Assembly (NCBI GenBank): GCA_032718475.1
Contig: JAUCBJ010009103.1
Location: 124,001 to 188,000 of the forward strand
Reading direction: 5' to 3'
DNA from: Nemertoderma westbladi
Lineage: Eukaryota > Animalia > Xenacoelomorpha
DNA length: 64,000 nucleotides
Shown here: positions 1 to 12,777 of the stretch, one piece after another
How the letters are laid out: each line of letters opens with the position of its first letter
Position numbering within the stretch: the first letter of the stretch is position 1
Made by a program: the position numbers and the translations under genes
Notes under the pieces: generated by a model
The model's input: only the letters and a program-made list of their open reading frames with translations
Told to the model about the DNA's origin: nothing
The model's database searches: none

Positions 1-399
1 TCAAAAAAGCATTAATCTAGGGCGTACTATAAATCGTAATCTATATAGCAATCTAAGGTGATGTCCAAGAAGTCTTACCTAAAATTTAATCAAACCTGTC
101 ATCACTACAGTGACCTCAATTCTAACTCGAACAAGATGTAAGTAAAGTACAAGCGCTGAATTACAACCTAGTGTAGACTCTAATCCGTAATTCGATAAAT
201 ATTTTAATATTTTTGAATGAATTCATTGTAAATAAATATATGGCTTTTCAATAAACGACATCAGTTAGGGTATATCATATAACCGTTTTCCCCTTATCCT
301 TTAGTATAACAGGAATCGGCGCAGGGTGCACAGCAATACCTACTACAGTATGTACACATAAGTAATGATATGTTATACTACTAGGGCGATATCTCGTTG

Positions 400-690
400 A
401 CAAGACCCAGCATCACCCTGCAGAACGCAGAGACGCAGTCTGAAGCTTGTTGGACACTGTTTTCGCTGGAAGGATCAACCTGTCCGCAATCTCGTGCTGT
501 GGCAACCTTCCTTCGAGAATAGGTGTGGTGGACAGCTAATGACTTTCCTCAAAAGCCTGCTTAAGGACATCAAACTTGAGAACAGGGATGAACTGGAAAA
601 CTATATAGCTGAATGTGAAATCTGAAATCTGGGGGCGCTATGTTGTTGGTTCCGACGGCACTGCACCTTAGTTAAAACTGATCATCATCA
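400..690 (+). mobile_element. RTE-like LINE 3' fragment (degenerate)
   Basis: Encodes a decayed ...LVGHCFRWKDQPVRNLVLWQP... segment homologous to the copies at 23060-23580 and 36157-37440. Boundaries approximate. Confidence 0.65.
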
Positions 691-867
691 TTACTATATA
701 TAATAAATTCACAAACCAAATTAATCTGTTTACACTGTTCCAAATTGCCGATCCAATAATCATTGCTTAAATAAAACACTCACAACAACCGCGTTCAATT
801 GTGTAATTAAGTCACTCTAAATGAACTTCAGTTACTAATTAGTATATCTCAGGTAGGAGTGGACGCC

Positions 868-3728
868 GTCCACCCCTACCCTCGGCTAGCAGATAGGAGT
901 ACCGCCAAGCCCTACCTTCGGGTAGCAGATAGGAGTAGCGCCCACCCCTACCATCGGGTAGCAGATAGGAGTAGCGCCCACCCCTACCCTCGGGTAGCAG
1001 ATAGGAGTAGCGCCCACCCCTACCCTCGGGTAGCAGATAGGAGTAGCGCCCACCCCTACCATCGGGTAGCAGATGGGAGTACCGCCCACCCCTACCTTCG
1101 GGTAGCAGATGGGAGTAGCGCCCACCCCTACCCTCGGGTAGCAGATAGGAGTAGCGCCCACCCCTACCCTCGGGTAGCAGATAGGAGTAGCGCCCACCCC
1201 TACCCTCGGGTAGCAGATAGGAGTAGCGCCCACCCCTACCCTCGGGTAGCAGATAGGAGTAGCGCCCACCCCTACCCTCGGGTAGCAGATAGGAGTAGCG
1301 CCCACCCCTACCCTCGGGTAGCAGATAGGAGTAGCGCCCACCCCTACCCTCGGGTAGCAGATAGGAGTAGCGCCCACCCCTACCCTCGGGTAGCAGATAG
1401 GAGTAGCGCCCACCCCTACCCTCGGGTAGCAGATAGGAGTAGCGCCCACCCCTACCCTCGGGTAGCAGATAGGAGTAGCGCCCACCCCTACCCTCGGGTA
1501 GCAGATAGGAGTAGCGCCCACCCCTACCCTCGGGTAGCAGATAGGAGTAGCGCCCACCCCTACCCTCGGGTAGCAGATAGGAGTAGCGCCCACCCCTACC
1601 CTCGGGTAGCAGATAGGAGTAGCGCCCACCCCTACCCTCGGGTAGCAGATAGGAGTAGCGCCCACCCCTACCCTCGGGTAGCAGATAGGAGTAGCGCCCA
1701 CCCCTACCCTCGGGTAGCAGATAGGAGTAGCGCCCACCCCTACCCTCGGGTAGCAGATAGGAGTAGCGCCCACCCCTACCCTCGGGTAGCAGATAGGAGT
1801 AGCGCCCACCCCTACCCTCGGGTAGCAGATAGGAGTAGCGCCCACCCCTACCCTCGGGTAGCAGATAGGAGTAGCGCCCACCCCTACCCTCGGGTAGCAG
1901 ATAGGAGTAGCGCCACCCCTACCCTCGGGTAGCAGATAGGAGTAGCGCCACCCCTACCCTCGGGTAGCAGATAGGAGTAGCGCCCACCCCTACCCTCGGG
2001 TAGCAGATAGGAGTAGCGCCACCCCTACCCTCGGGTAGCAGATAGGAGTAGCGCCCACCCCTACCATCGGGTAGCAGATAGGAGTAGCGCCCACCCCTAC
2101 CCTCGGGTAGCAGATAGGAGTAGCGCCCACCCCTACCCTCGGGTAGCAGATAGGAGTAGCGCCACCCCTACCCTCGGGTAGCAGATAGGAGTAGCGCCCA
2201 CCCCTACCATCGGGTAGCAGATAGGAGTAGCGCCCACCCCTACCCTCGGGTAGCAGATAGGAGTAGCGCCACCCCTACCCTCGGGTAGCAGATAGGAGTA
2301 GCGCCCACCCCTACCATCGGGTAGCAGATAGGAGTAGCGCCCACCCCTACCCTCGGGTAGCAGATAGGAGTAGCGCCCACCCCTACCCTCGGGTAGCAGA
2401 TAGGAGTAGCGCCCACCCCTACCCTCGGGTAGCAGATAGGAGTAGCGCCCACCCCTACCCTCGGGTAGCAGATAGGAGTAGCGCCCACCCCTACCCTCGG
2501 GTAGCAGATAGGAGTAGCGCCCACCCCTACCCTCGGGTAGCAGATAGGAGTAGCGCCCACCCCTACCCTCGGGTAGCAGATAGGAGTAGCGCCCACCCCT
2601 ACCCTCGGGTAGCAGATAGGAGTAGCGCCCACCCCTACCCTCGGGTAGCAGATAGGAGTAGCGCCCACCCCTACCCTCGGGTAGCAGATAGGAGTAGCGC
2701 CACCCCTACCCTCGGGTAGCAGATAGGAGTAGCGCCCACCCCTACCATCGGGTAGCAGATAGGAGTAGCGCCCACCCCTACCCTCGGGTAGCAGATAGGA
2801 GTAGCGCCCACCCCTACCCTCGGGTAGCAGATAGGAGTAGCGCCACCCCTACCCTCGGGTAGCAGATAGGAGTAGCGCCCACCCCTACCATCGGGTAGCA
2901 GATAGGAGTAGCGCCCACCCCTACCCTCGGGTAGCAGATAGGAGTAGCGCCACCCCTACCCTCGGGTAGCAGATAGGAGTAGCGCCCACCCCTACCATCG
3001 GGTAGCAGATAGGAGTAGCGCCCACCCCTACCCTCGGGTAGCAGATAGGAGTAGCGCCCACCCCTACCCTCGGGTAGCAGATAGGAGTAGCGCCCACCCC
3101 TACCATCGGGTAGCAGATAGGAGTAGCGCCCACCCCTACCCTCGGGTAGCAGATAGGAGTAGCGCCACCCCTACCTTCGGGTAGCAGATAGGAGTACCGC
3201 CCACCCCTACCTTCGGGCAGCAGATAGGAGTAGCGCCCACCCCTACCCTCGGGTAGCAGATAGGAGTAGCGCCCACCCCTACCCTCGGGTAGCAGATAGG
3301 AGTAGCGCCACCCCTACCTTCGGGTAGCAGATAGGAGTACCGCCCACCCCTACCTTCGGGTAGCAGATAGGAGTAGCGCCCACCCCTACCCTCGGGTAGC
3401 AGATAGGAGTAGCGCCCACCCCTACCCTCGGGTAGCAGATAGGAGTAGCGCCAATCCCTACCTTCGGGTAGCAGATAAGAGTAGCGCCCATCCCTACCTT
3501 CGGGTAGCAGATAGGAGTAGCGCCCACTCCTACCTTCGGGTAGCAGATAGGAGTAGCGCCCACTCCTACCCTCGGGTAGCAGATATGAGTAGCGTCCACC
3601 CCTACCGTCGGGTAGCAGATAGGAGTAGCGCCCACCCCTACCCTCGGGTAGCAGATAGGAGTACCGCCCACCCCTACCCTCGGGTAGCAGATAGGAGTAC
3701 CGCCCACCCCTACCCTCGGGTAGCAGAT
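868..3728. repeat. 36-bp minisatellite (CCCACCCCTACCCTCGGGTAGCAGATAGGAGTAGCG)n, about 80 copies
   Basis: Direct reading. Homogeneous core, 35-bp deletion variants from about 1910 onward, more variants at both ends. Confidence 0.97.
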
Positions 3729-4134
3729 ACCGAAAGAGGAGCCTTTTGGTCGCCTTCGACTTCGGCTGACTATTTGCTTTGCTTTGATATGTTACGTAGT
3801 TTACGGCCCCGGTACAACAATAAGTGGCTATGATACTGATATGCAGCAACAACAATAAGAGGAAACAACATAAGAAGAAATATTATAAATTCAATATTTA
3901 CAGATGATCATCTAAACTAAAACTAACCCTTTCCAGAAACGCGGCATAAACCAAACTGCTGACCACAGAGTCGAGATCACACGAACAGTTGCCAATTACT
4001 GCATGCACAACATTGAACAACTCGAATTGGTCCTAAAAAATCAATTCAGTTACAGGTACTAATGACTGAATGATGGCGATGGGGGATATGATGAGTTCTG
4101 CGAGAGGGTGGGTGTATTTATGTACATTTTTACA

Positions 4135-5360
4135 AGTAAGCCACGCATGAATTTGTGCCTAAAAAAATAACTGAATAAAGCTTTAATACGGTATTTAGAG
4201 GGTCCGGTCAATGGGTCCGGTCAGTAGCCACTTCTTATTAGTGGCTACTGACCGGACCCTCTAAATACCGTATTAAAGCTTTATTCAGTAATTATTGACC
4301 GGATCCTTATTACCACAATTACTACTACTGTACTACGATCGGCAAGCTGCATTGCAGCTGCATTACATATTTTTATTTATTTATTTATTTAATCATCTAA
4401 AATGATATATAATTAAAATTTTTGTACACACCTGATAAAAAGTACCGGTATAACATTAAATTAATAAGACATAGATTAAAGTTAGTTCGTAATTATCAGA
4501 CTTGACAGACATGAAGTATAAATTTTCTGTTGACACTGATAAATAATTAAAATGTTACGGTATAGAGCTGTAGGTAGATGGCTCACTTATATTGTGTTGA
4601 AAAATTCGATTATTCGACTATGTCGGGTGTTGAATGGGGATGTACTATAAATATCGTTGTAACAATTATTAATGAAGTCACACTGAGCTGTCTCACCGAC
4701 GGACAGGGAACCCAGGTTCAGTCGAGAGATGAGATCCAATTTGCTGTATTGGTATGTGAGTAAAGAGACTATGCAGGGAACAGGAAATGACTCACGGCAA
4801 TTATAATATGTTGATCCAATCCCGATATAATGATTTTGACTTCTGGAATCTGCTCGTCTTGCGTTCCTGTGAAGTGATATACGCAATAGACTTTGTAAGA
4901 TTGCATTAGGGCACGTAGATATGCGAATTATAGTGCCTATAGAAGCTGCAAATGCATCAGAGGTAATAGGTCGGCATTTCATCAGTTTGTATATTATCGA
5001 GTTACTAGCATACGTTCCCAAATGTAGAAGACCCCTCAGTGCCTTTCGATGGTATGTATCAAGTTTGTTTCTATCCCCGCTCGTCATTCGTCCAACCATA
5101 AACCTTGCACTATAGATAATATATAGTAAGCCACGCATGAATTTGTGCCTAAAAAAATAACTGAATAAAGCTTTAATACGGTATTTAGAGGGTCCGGTCA
5201 ATGGGTCCGGTCAGTAGCCACTTCTTATTAGTGGCTACTGACCGGACCCTCTAAATACCGTATTAAAGCTTTATTCAGTAATTATTGACCGGATCCTTAT
5301 TACCACAATTACTACTACTGTACTACGATCGGCAAGCTGCATTGCAGCTGCATTACATAT
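4135..5360. repeat. Two identical 236-bp direct repeats (4135-4370 and 5125-5360), each containing a long palindrome
   Basis: The blocks match at a 990-bp offset. Each contains GGGTCCGGTCAGTAGCCACT-7 nt-AGTGGCTACTGACCGGACCC plus an outer arm. Confidence 0.9.
4770..5160 (-). pseudogene. Non-LTR retrotransposon ORF2 fragment (post-RT region)
   Basis: ORF 4587-5201 contains KLDTYHRKALRGLLHLGTYASNSIIY, typical of the region C-terminal to LINE RT domains. Confidence 0.55.
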
Positions 5361-5525
5361 ATATTAAGAATGCTGTGCCGGCTTGAGGACGAAATTGCGT
5401 CGCCACAACTCCTTATCACCCATGACATTTGCTAGATCATCCGTATCTTCAAGGCCAGTGTCCTTTAAGATGCGTCTCAAGAAAGTCATGGGCTGTTAGA
5501 CCACAATTAAGAAACCTGCATAATC
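5310..5525 (-). mobile_element. RTE-like LINE 3' end with (GTA)n tail
   Basis: Reverse complement matches 36480-36670, including the GCAGCTGCAATGCAGC...GATCGTAGT tail. Confidence 0.75.
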
Positions 5526-7405
5526 TTGTAACATGTGTTAACTTTCGTTTATTGTTTTGGTTCCCCCAACACGCCTCTGTAACCTGCTCCTTTAAATGGC
5601 AATGGGTCCGGCCAACGGGTCCGTTCAATTGAGTAATGAGTCCGGTCAGTAGCCTTTGCCACGTTAGAGAAAGAATTTCAGAGAGCTGGGAGCTAGTCGG
5701 CCGCGGCCGCAGTGTGGTACCGGTACCGGAAACCAACAGAGTAGAGAAGCATAGGGCGTAAATATTATTATATCTGTAAATCCCGATCCCGTTATTAAAT
5801 TGAACAGTAAAAGCCTTCCGCAAATGCAGGTAGGCAGGCAGGCGTTAGCCTATTGCCTATGCTTGCTTCCTTAGTTTTGCGTAGGCCCTACCGCAGTACC
5901 ACCAGTACCGAATCGGTTCGTTGTTGAAGTTTGTTCTGTTGTTTGTAGTCAGACAGTTTGCAGTTAGTAGGTCTGTAGGTACCGCGTACCGGTCAGCCGG
6001 TAACAAATATTGACGAAATATTCTGATACCGGAATTCAGGTACCCGGTTGCCGGTACCGGTAATGGCGGTATTTGTAAATTTAAATATCACACATAGGAT
6101 GCTACGGATTAGGTACTTTGTATTTTAATACGAGATTGTCGAATTTTAAGACTTACCTTGATATTTTGTAGATGGTCAATGTATGGTTCCATGCTGTGTT
6201 GTGGTCTCCAGCTAGGTTCAGTATGTTGTATCATGCACCAGTGCACTGAGAAGCGAGACCGAGAACCAGTCTATCTCTACAAATGCAGAAATGTCTGGTA
6301 CAGCTGTAGTTCGAGAGTAGGTACCCTACCGGCAACAAACCATGTAAGCCTAAATGATATGATTATTGGTAATAAGTAGTAAAGATGCAGAGATGTGCAC
6401 TGCACAGTAGCCGGCGGCGGTCCAATGAAATAAAATAAACAAATAAAAAATAATTATTTACTGTCACACAGGATCCCTGCTCCCACAGGTTCTTACTGCA
6501 GCAGATCCTGGCTGGTAGCCATCCTCGTTGGCAACACTGCATCCATCATGGCTACAGCTGGCCCATCCCCCGGCGGAATCTTTGACTGAGAGATTTTTAA
6601 CTCTACCATTTGTAAGTCCTTCTTCATCCCTTTTGCTTTTATGTTGGTTGACCTACACAGAATATGGATTTACTTTACCGTATAACAGTATAAGGATTTA
6701 TGTTAATTAAAGTTTTTAGATTATTTTGTACTCAGTATTTCGGTTCAACTGTATAAATAGTTATTCGATTATGAACATACATAAAAATCTAATTTTAAAA
6801 TGGGCTCAAATTTATTAGTACATTTGAGATGAGATTTAAAAATAATCAGTTGTTAATTATTACTGCACTTAATGAATATCATATTCCTATTACACGAAAA
6901 AATAAGGTATTCTTGACAGTGTTCAGTTCGTAGTTTTTGGCTATGTACTCTATAGTTCTACAAGAGGTATCACGCTCGAAATATAAACTCACAAACATGA
7001 GGCACAATTCAGCCACCGTAATTATAAATTATTCAATTTTTTTAATTGGCACAATTCAGCCACCGCAACATCTGTAACTGCCGTTAATAGAGATACTGTA
7101 GTTTCACTGAACTCCCCCTGGGTGGGTGAGTCAGAATTGTTATTTTTGTTATTTTTTAATTTTTTAGCTACCAGCGTTTAACAAAAAGTGTCTCCATCGA
7201 TATTGCACCAGTCGTACAGCAGTTATTCCTAAACCTTATAGCGATTCGTTGGTACTGATGGAAAGCTGGTCGTGCAAGGATTCCAAATACTGTATGTTAC
7301 ACAATCTGAATTTTGTCGTAAAATAGCTGTGTTATGAGCGTTTGAATGTTGCATGGTTTTGCAATTGCGCGAGGCTATTTTATTCAATTAAATAAATACA
7401 ACATA

Positions 7406-9950
7406 CATGACCTACTATAGATTACGACCCGCCACCCGCCAAGCTGCTGCAAAGCCCCAAAATTTAGTGGGCCAGTTACTGTATTTCTTTTACATAGTAC
7501 CCCTGAAATAATAGGTCTAGCGCGTCGAAAGCACTTCTCCCTAACTAAAATTATGTCCTCTTTCAGATGAGACAAATAAAAATTTAATAGCTCCAGTAGT
7601 TTTCGAGATATGAGGAGTTCCCATACCATATCAGCACTTTTCGGAATTGATAAAATTACTCAAAATACAAGCTTCAATACTTTGTTATAACCATGAAACC
7701 ATATTGCTTTTTTGGTTAGTAAAATTTATTATTGGTAATCGAAAGCGAAATTAGAATAAAATCTTCATTGTTTATTTTATAATAGACACTAAAAGAGCAC
7801 TAAAATTACAAGTAGCTCGAAATTTTCAAATAGCCAAAATTGGTAATTTGACCGTATAGTTTGGCTACTGAGGTTTTATAATGTGCTGATTTCATTGGCA
7901 AGGTTTATAAAATTGTGGTACATTATTTTCAAAAATGGCCAATGTTTCAGTCGAAAATTCGAAGTGCCAACCTGTGCAAGTGCACTTCTATTTCAGTACT
8001 GCAGTACTCTGGTACTGGTGCGGTAATGTAGTGAATTATTCAGATGTGTTATTTGCATTGCACTGCACTACTGCGTTAGGCATTACATCACTGCTGATAG
8101 TGCTGCGCATTATGCTGTTACTGTGTTAGGCATCAATGCCGTATCATTATTACATTACCTGATTACCTGTATTTATTTGTCAATATTTATTATCACCTCT
8201 CTCTACACGGGCTGGCAGCCACGGGCGCGGGGGCCTAACTAATCTAATCCGGACATAGTGTAGTATCTGAATCTGTATGGAGGCCGTAGCAGTTATAGAA
8301 ATTGGAAAGTGCTGTGTGTATAGTTGACGCTCGCTCGCTCTGTCTACAGAGTGGCACTTAGTTCGACTAGTCAGGGCTTTTTTATAGATCAGATGACACC
8401 AGGGCCTTCCACTAACATTTGTACATTTCGACGGGCGATATATTGTGTAAACCCGGAGTGCTTCATTGTGCTATAAATGCCTCAAATTCCTCGGAGACCG
8501 CCAGTAACAGAGTAAACAGAATACTGTATACCGTCCATCGTCTATCGAAATTCATGAAGGAGAGTAAAATTAGTTCTTTATCTGATCTATAGAGATGAAG
8601 AGTCGGCACTGATCACGATAAAACATGTCAAACATTCTGGCAAATTTAAATTTTCTGGCAATGCATCAATCATATTTGGTGCTATTTTCTGATTTTGGCT
8701 CCCCAGGACGAAAAGTACAAGTCAAACTAAACATTTTGTGTTTGGTTTGATAATTCTAAACGTATACGGGTTTTTGAGGTAGCTGATCGCGATGAAAGTA
8801 GTTATAAATATTTATGGTATGTGCAAACCCAATTTTGGTGCCATTTTGGTGCTCCAAAATGAAAAGTACAAGTAGCAAAAATTTGAAACTGTTACATTTT
8901 GCCTTTGGTTTGGTAATTCTGAAAAGGTACTGGTTTTCAAGGTCGCTAATCACGATACAACTCGTTAAAAATAATTCGTGGTAACGCTACTATCGTTTTT
9001 CGTGTTTGTGTGGTGGGACGAAAAATGGAAGTAGCACAAAATTTCAAAGGGAAAAAATCAAATTTGGTTGGATGGATAATACTATATTTATGAGTGTCAT
9101 ATTCGTGATCAGCATCCCAAAAATCCCCTAATGTTATAAAATCAGGTTGATTCGGTAATGATTTTTCATTATGAAATTTGTGCTACTTGTATTTTTCGTG
9201 CCGCACATTGACACGTTTCCAAAAAAGCCGTAATCAACAAGGTGCGATATTTTCAATTTCTTATTCGTGATCAGCATCCCAAATAAACCACATGGTCATA
9301 AAATCAATTTGTTTTCGTGGTGAGTTTTCATTATCATATTTCCACTACTTGTTTTCTTCGCGCTCCAGGGGCACAAATAACTGACTAATAACTAATATAA
9401 CAACATGCCTATGTTGTTATATTACACAACTCTTCGATCTGTTTGATGTAGGTAGAGGAATACACCTTCCCAATGAAATCAGCATATTCTAAAACCTCAG
9501 TAGCAAAACTGTATGGCCAATTTACCACGTTTGAAAAAAGTGCTACTTGCACATTTGGTGCTCTTTTAGTATCTATTGATAAAAAAAATGTAAATTTTGC
9601 TTCTAATCTTATTTTCGATTACTAATAATGAATTCAACAAACCAAAAAGGCATAATATGGTTTCATGGTTATACCAAAGTCTTTGAAGGGTGATGTATTT
9701 TATGTAATTTTAATAATTCCAGAAGGTTCCGAAATGGTATGGGTGCCAGGAATGCCTCATATCTCGAAAACTACTGGAGCTATTAACTTTTTATTTGTCT
9801 CATCTGAAAGAGGATATAATTTTAGTTAGGTACAAGTACTTTCGACGCGCTAGAATATTGTTTCAGGGGTTCTATCTAAGATAAATAACTGGCCCACTAA
9901 ATTTAGGGGCTTTGCAGCGGCTTGGCGGGTCGTATCTATAGTAGGTCATG
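7406..9950. mobile_element. Non-autonomous foldback-type DNA transposon with long imperfect TIRs (P/Galileo-like)
   Basis: CATGACCTACTATAGA... at 7406 is inverted at ...TCTATAGTAGGTCATG ending 9950. Inverted similarity runs several hundred bp (about 7406-7900 vs 9470-9950). Flanks CAACATA/CACCATA resemble a 7-bp TSD with one mismatch. Confidence 0.75.
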
Positions 9951-10189
9951 CACCATATTCTGGAACATTATGTTTATCCAATACGAAGCTATGCGACAAT
10001 GCAATACCTCTTTACTGTAATCTTACTATTACGTAGCTATTCATACGTTAACGTTCCAGAATATAGTGTATTAATTAAGGCTAAGGTTTAAGGGTAATTG
10101 CTTAAGGGATTTTTTAACCGTATAAAGCGCTTATAAAATAAACTTAAAATAAATTTACCTTATAAAATAAATTTGAAGTAAATTGAATG

Positions 10190-10450
10190 GGAAATAATTC
10201 CACATTGGAACCCCCCAGATGGCCATACTTAGTGCTCCCCTCTTCCTACTGTACATCAACGACTTACCTAACTGCACAAATAACGCTACTTTATTTGCTG
10301 ATGACACCAAATTAATTTAGAGTCACAAAGACATAAAAATACTCACTGAAACAGTAAACATCGAGCTCGACAATGTTGATCAATGGTTAACTGACAACCA
10401 GCTGTCTCTAAATAAAAAACAACGGAATATCTACATTTCACCAAATAAAA
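10190..10450 (+). pseudogene. CR1/L2-type LINE reverse transcriptase relic, host of the 12-bp array and the LTR element
   Basis: Translates to ...PLFLLYINDLPNCTNNATLFADDT..., the RT core. It appears to resume after the LTR element at about 21333. Confidence 0.75.
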
Positions 10451-10454
10451 AAGG

Positions 10455-11006
10455 TTGCTATTACAGTTGCTATTACAGTTGCTATTACAGTTGCTATTAC
10501 AGTTGCTATTACAGTTGCTATTACAGTTGCTATTACAGTTGCTATTACAGTTGCTATTACAGTTGCTATTACAGTTGCTATTACAGTTGCTATTACAGTT
10601 TCTATTACAGTTAATATTACAGTTGCTATTACAGTTGCTATTACAGTTGATATTACAGTTGCTATTACAGTTGCTATTACAGTTGCTATTACAGTTGCTA
10701 TTACAGTTGCTATTACAGTTGCTATTACAGTTGCTATTACAGTTGCTATTACAGTTGCTATTACAGTTGCTATTACAGTTGCTATTACAGTTGCTATTAC
10801 AGTTGCTATTACAGTTTCTATTACAGTTGATATTACAGTTGCTATTACAGTTGCTATTACAGTTGCTATTACAGTTGCTATTACAGTTGCTATTACAGTT
10901 GCTATTACAGTTGCTATTACAGTTGCTATTACAGTTGCTATTACAGTTGCTATTACAGTTGCTATTACAGTTGCTATTACAGTTGCTATTACAGTTGCTA
11001 TTACAG
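10455..11006. repeat. 12-bp tandem repeat (TTGCTATTACAG)n, about 46 copies
   Basis: Direct reading. Confidence 0.97.
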
Positions 11007-11021
11007 TCGACTCACGATTCC

Positions 11022-12777
11022 TGTTGGCGAGAGTACACGCCATTGTAATATTCTTATCGAAAGATATTAGATTAGCTTAGTTATCTTTAGGTACGCACCA
11101 AGAAAATTTTTGATATTTTATAATATATTATGGTCAGTCATATTGTCTTAAGAAATCTAAAATCTACTGTATAATATACCTAAAATGTGTGCAACGATAC
11201 CTACAAATAACATTAGGTAAGTATTATTTAAACAACCCACCAAAAATATATTTAAAAGGTGCCATTTGCAACATTTCTATTGGACGCCAGTCTTGCATTA
11301 GGCCAGGCGGGCATATGATTCATTATGTGCATAAGTCACAATACTTGTACTCTTTAACTCTAAAATTCTGAATTCTGTACCGCAGTACCGTGCTGCTGTA
11401 CTTGTGTACTGCTGTACTGGAATATGTACCGGTCCGGTGCTGCCTGACTGATTATACAATTTAAATTTAATTAATTTTACATATTAATATTCTGCAATGT
11501 GCTGATCAACAATACAGACTTTTAAAACCTAGTCCGCGGTCAGTGCTGTGCAGAGCCTACCGTCACACCGTGCTGTCGTAGGTACCTTGCAACCTTGAAG
11601 GCGGTGAATCCCTGTGATATGGAGTAGGGATCATCTAGGCCCGACGCAGGCCTATGGAACGTGAAAGGGGGAAAGTCTGAGATGCGTTAGCTAACAAAAA
11701 AAATCAGGGAAGTTGAACTATTGTACCAGGCCAGCCACTGCAGTAAGCGTTGTATTTGTTTTAAAATAGGGGAGATTAACCGCATTACAGTAATTTAGTT
11801 GCTTGGCGTTTAATTTGGGGCCCAAAAAAGGGGCACAGTTGACTTTGTTACCCTTTGCATTTACTACCAGGTGTCAAGTTATGAGGTCAATTGTGACTGA
11901 TAACAGGGCAGCAGGGGTAAGTGGTGAAGTGTAGGCGCCTAGCTAAAAATTGTGCGGTGTGATTAGGCTAAGCCAAATAAGGGAGGTTCGGGAGGTGCGT
12001 CCTGATTGTTACTACAGGATTAGCGCCCTAGTTTGTGAGCTTCTTTGTGAGGGTTCATTGGGTTTTATTTTGCTTTATTCATTCATGCCCTGATGGTTTG
12101 TTGTGGGATTAGCTTGGCGTTGAGAAATAAATATATATACCAAGTTTCGGCTTACTATCGTTACCTACGGTCTTGGGAGGTGAACGAAAATAAGTTTTTA
12201 TCATCACGGAACCGTATTTTATTTTCTCATCTCATTTTAACCCATTTCACAATTCCTACAGGTACATTTGTATAGCGAAGCCAAGGTTTACCCTTTTTCC
12301 CTTACCTGCTGCTTGATGAACAACGATACTTGCGTCAAACAAAAGCCAAAGGGTGATAAACATTATTTTGATCTATCTATGCCAAAACCCCCTTACTAGA
12401 AACATACATTTTTACATTGCAAAACTATAAAACGGTTTCATTCTAGAATATTTTCGGATAAAATTATGTAATATTGTTTTGGACCTCGCCACTATTTGAA
12501 TTACACTGCAGATCGGATCGAGTCGGGATTCCAACTGGATTACTGGGTTGTTGTAAAATAAATTATTTAAGCGAGTGGGTATCTCGCATTATTGCCAGAA
12601 AGTTGTAGAAAATTATCAAATTAAAATATTTAGATTTCCCTTTGTAGCGGGTGTTTTCTGCAATCATTACCGGTATGGATTTTAGCAGGGTTATATGTGC
12701 TATTTGAGCACAAATAACTGTAGCTGCATTTGGATGGATTTTCAACAGTATTGGATTAGCTGCTGTTGGATTTATCA
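11022..12777 (+). repeat. 5' LTR (1756 bp)
   Basis: Starts TGTTGGCGAGAG and ends GGATTTATCA. Near-identical to 19583-21327. Confidence 0.97.

Noticed and set aside
859-3855. Long ORFs with AHPYPRVADRSS / GATPICYPRVGV repeats
   Set aside because: Translations of a 36-bp tandem unit that lacks stops in some frames. The 35-bp variants shift the frame freely, so there is no coding constraint.
10438-11048. Poly-(VIAT) and poly-(LLQL) ORFs
   Set aside because: Artefacts of a 12-bp repeat.
11789-11869. tRNA gene inside the LTR ending in CCA that could supply the primer
   Set aside because: There are no A/B boxes and no convincing cloverleaf, and the terminal CA would not pair with the template. 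Only the 14-nt complement is supported.
12250-12261. LTR-internal CAATTCCTACAG identical to the 3' LTR/flank junction (21326-21337), hinting at homology-guided targeting
   Set aside because: Only 10 nt belong to the target site, the motif doubles as a splice-acceptor-like sequence, and the normal 5-bp TSD indicates ordinary integrase insertion. Chance cannot be excluded.
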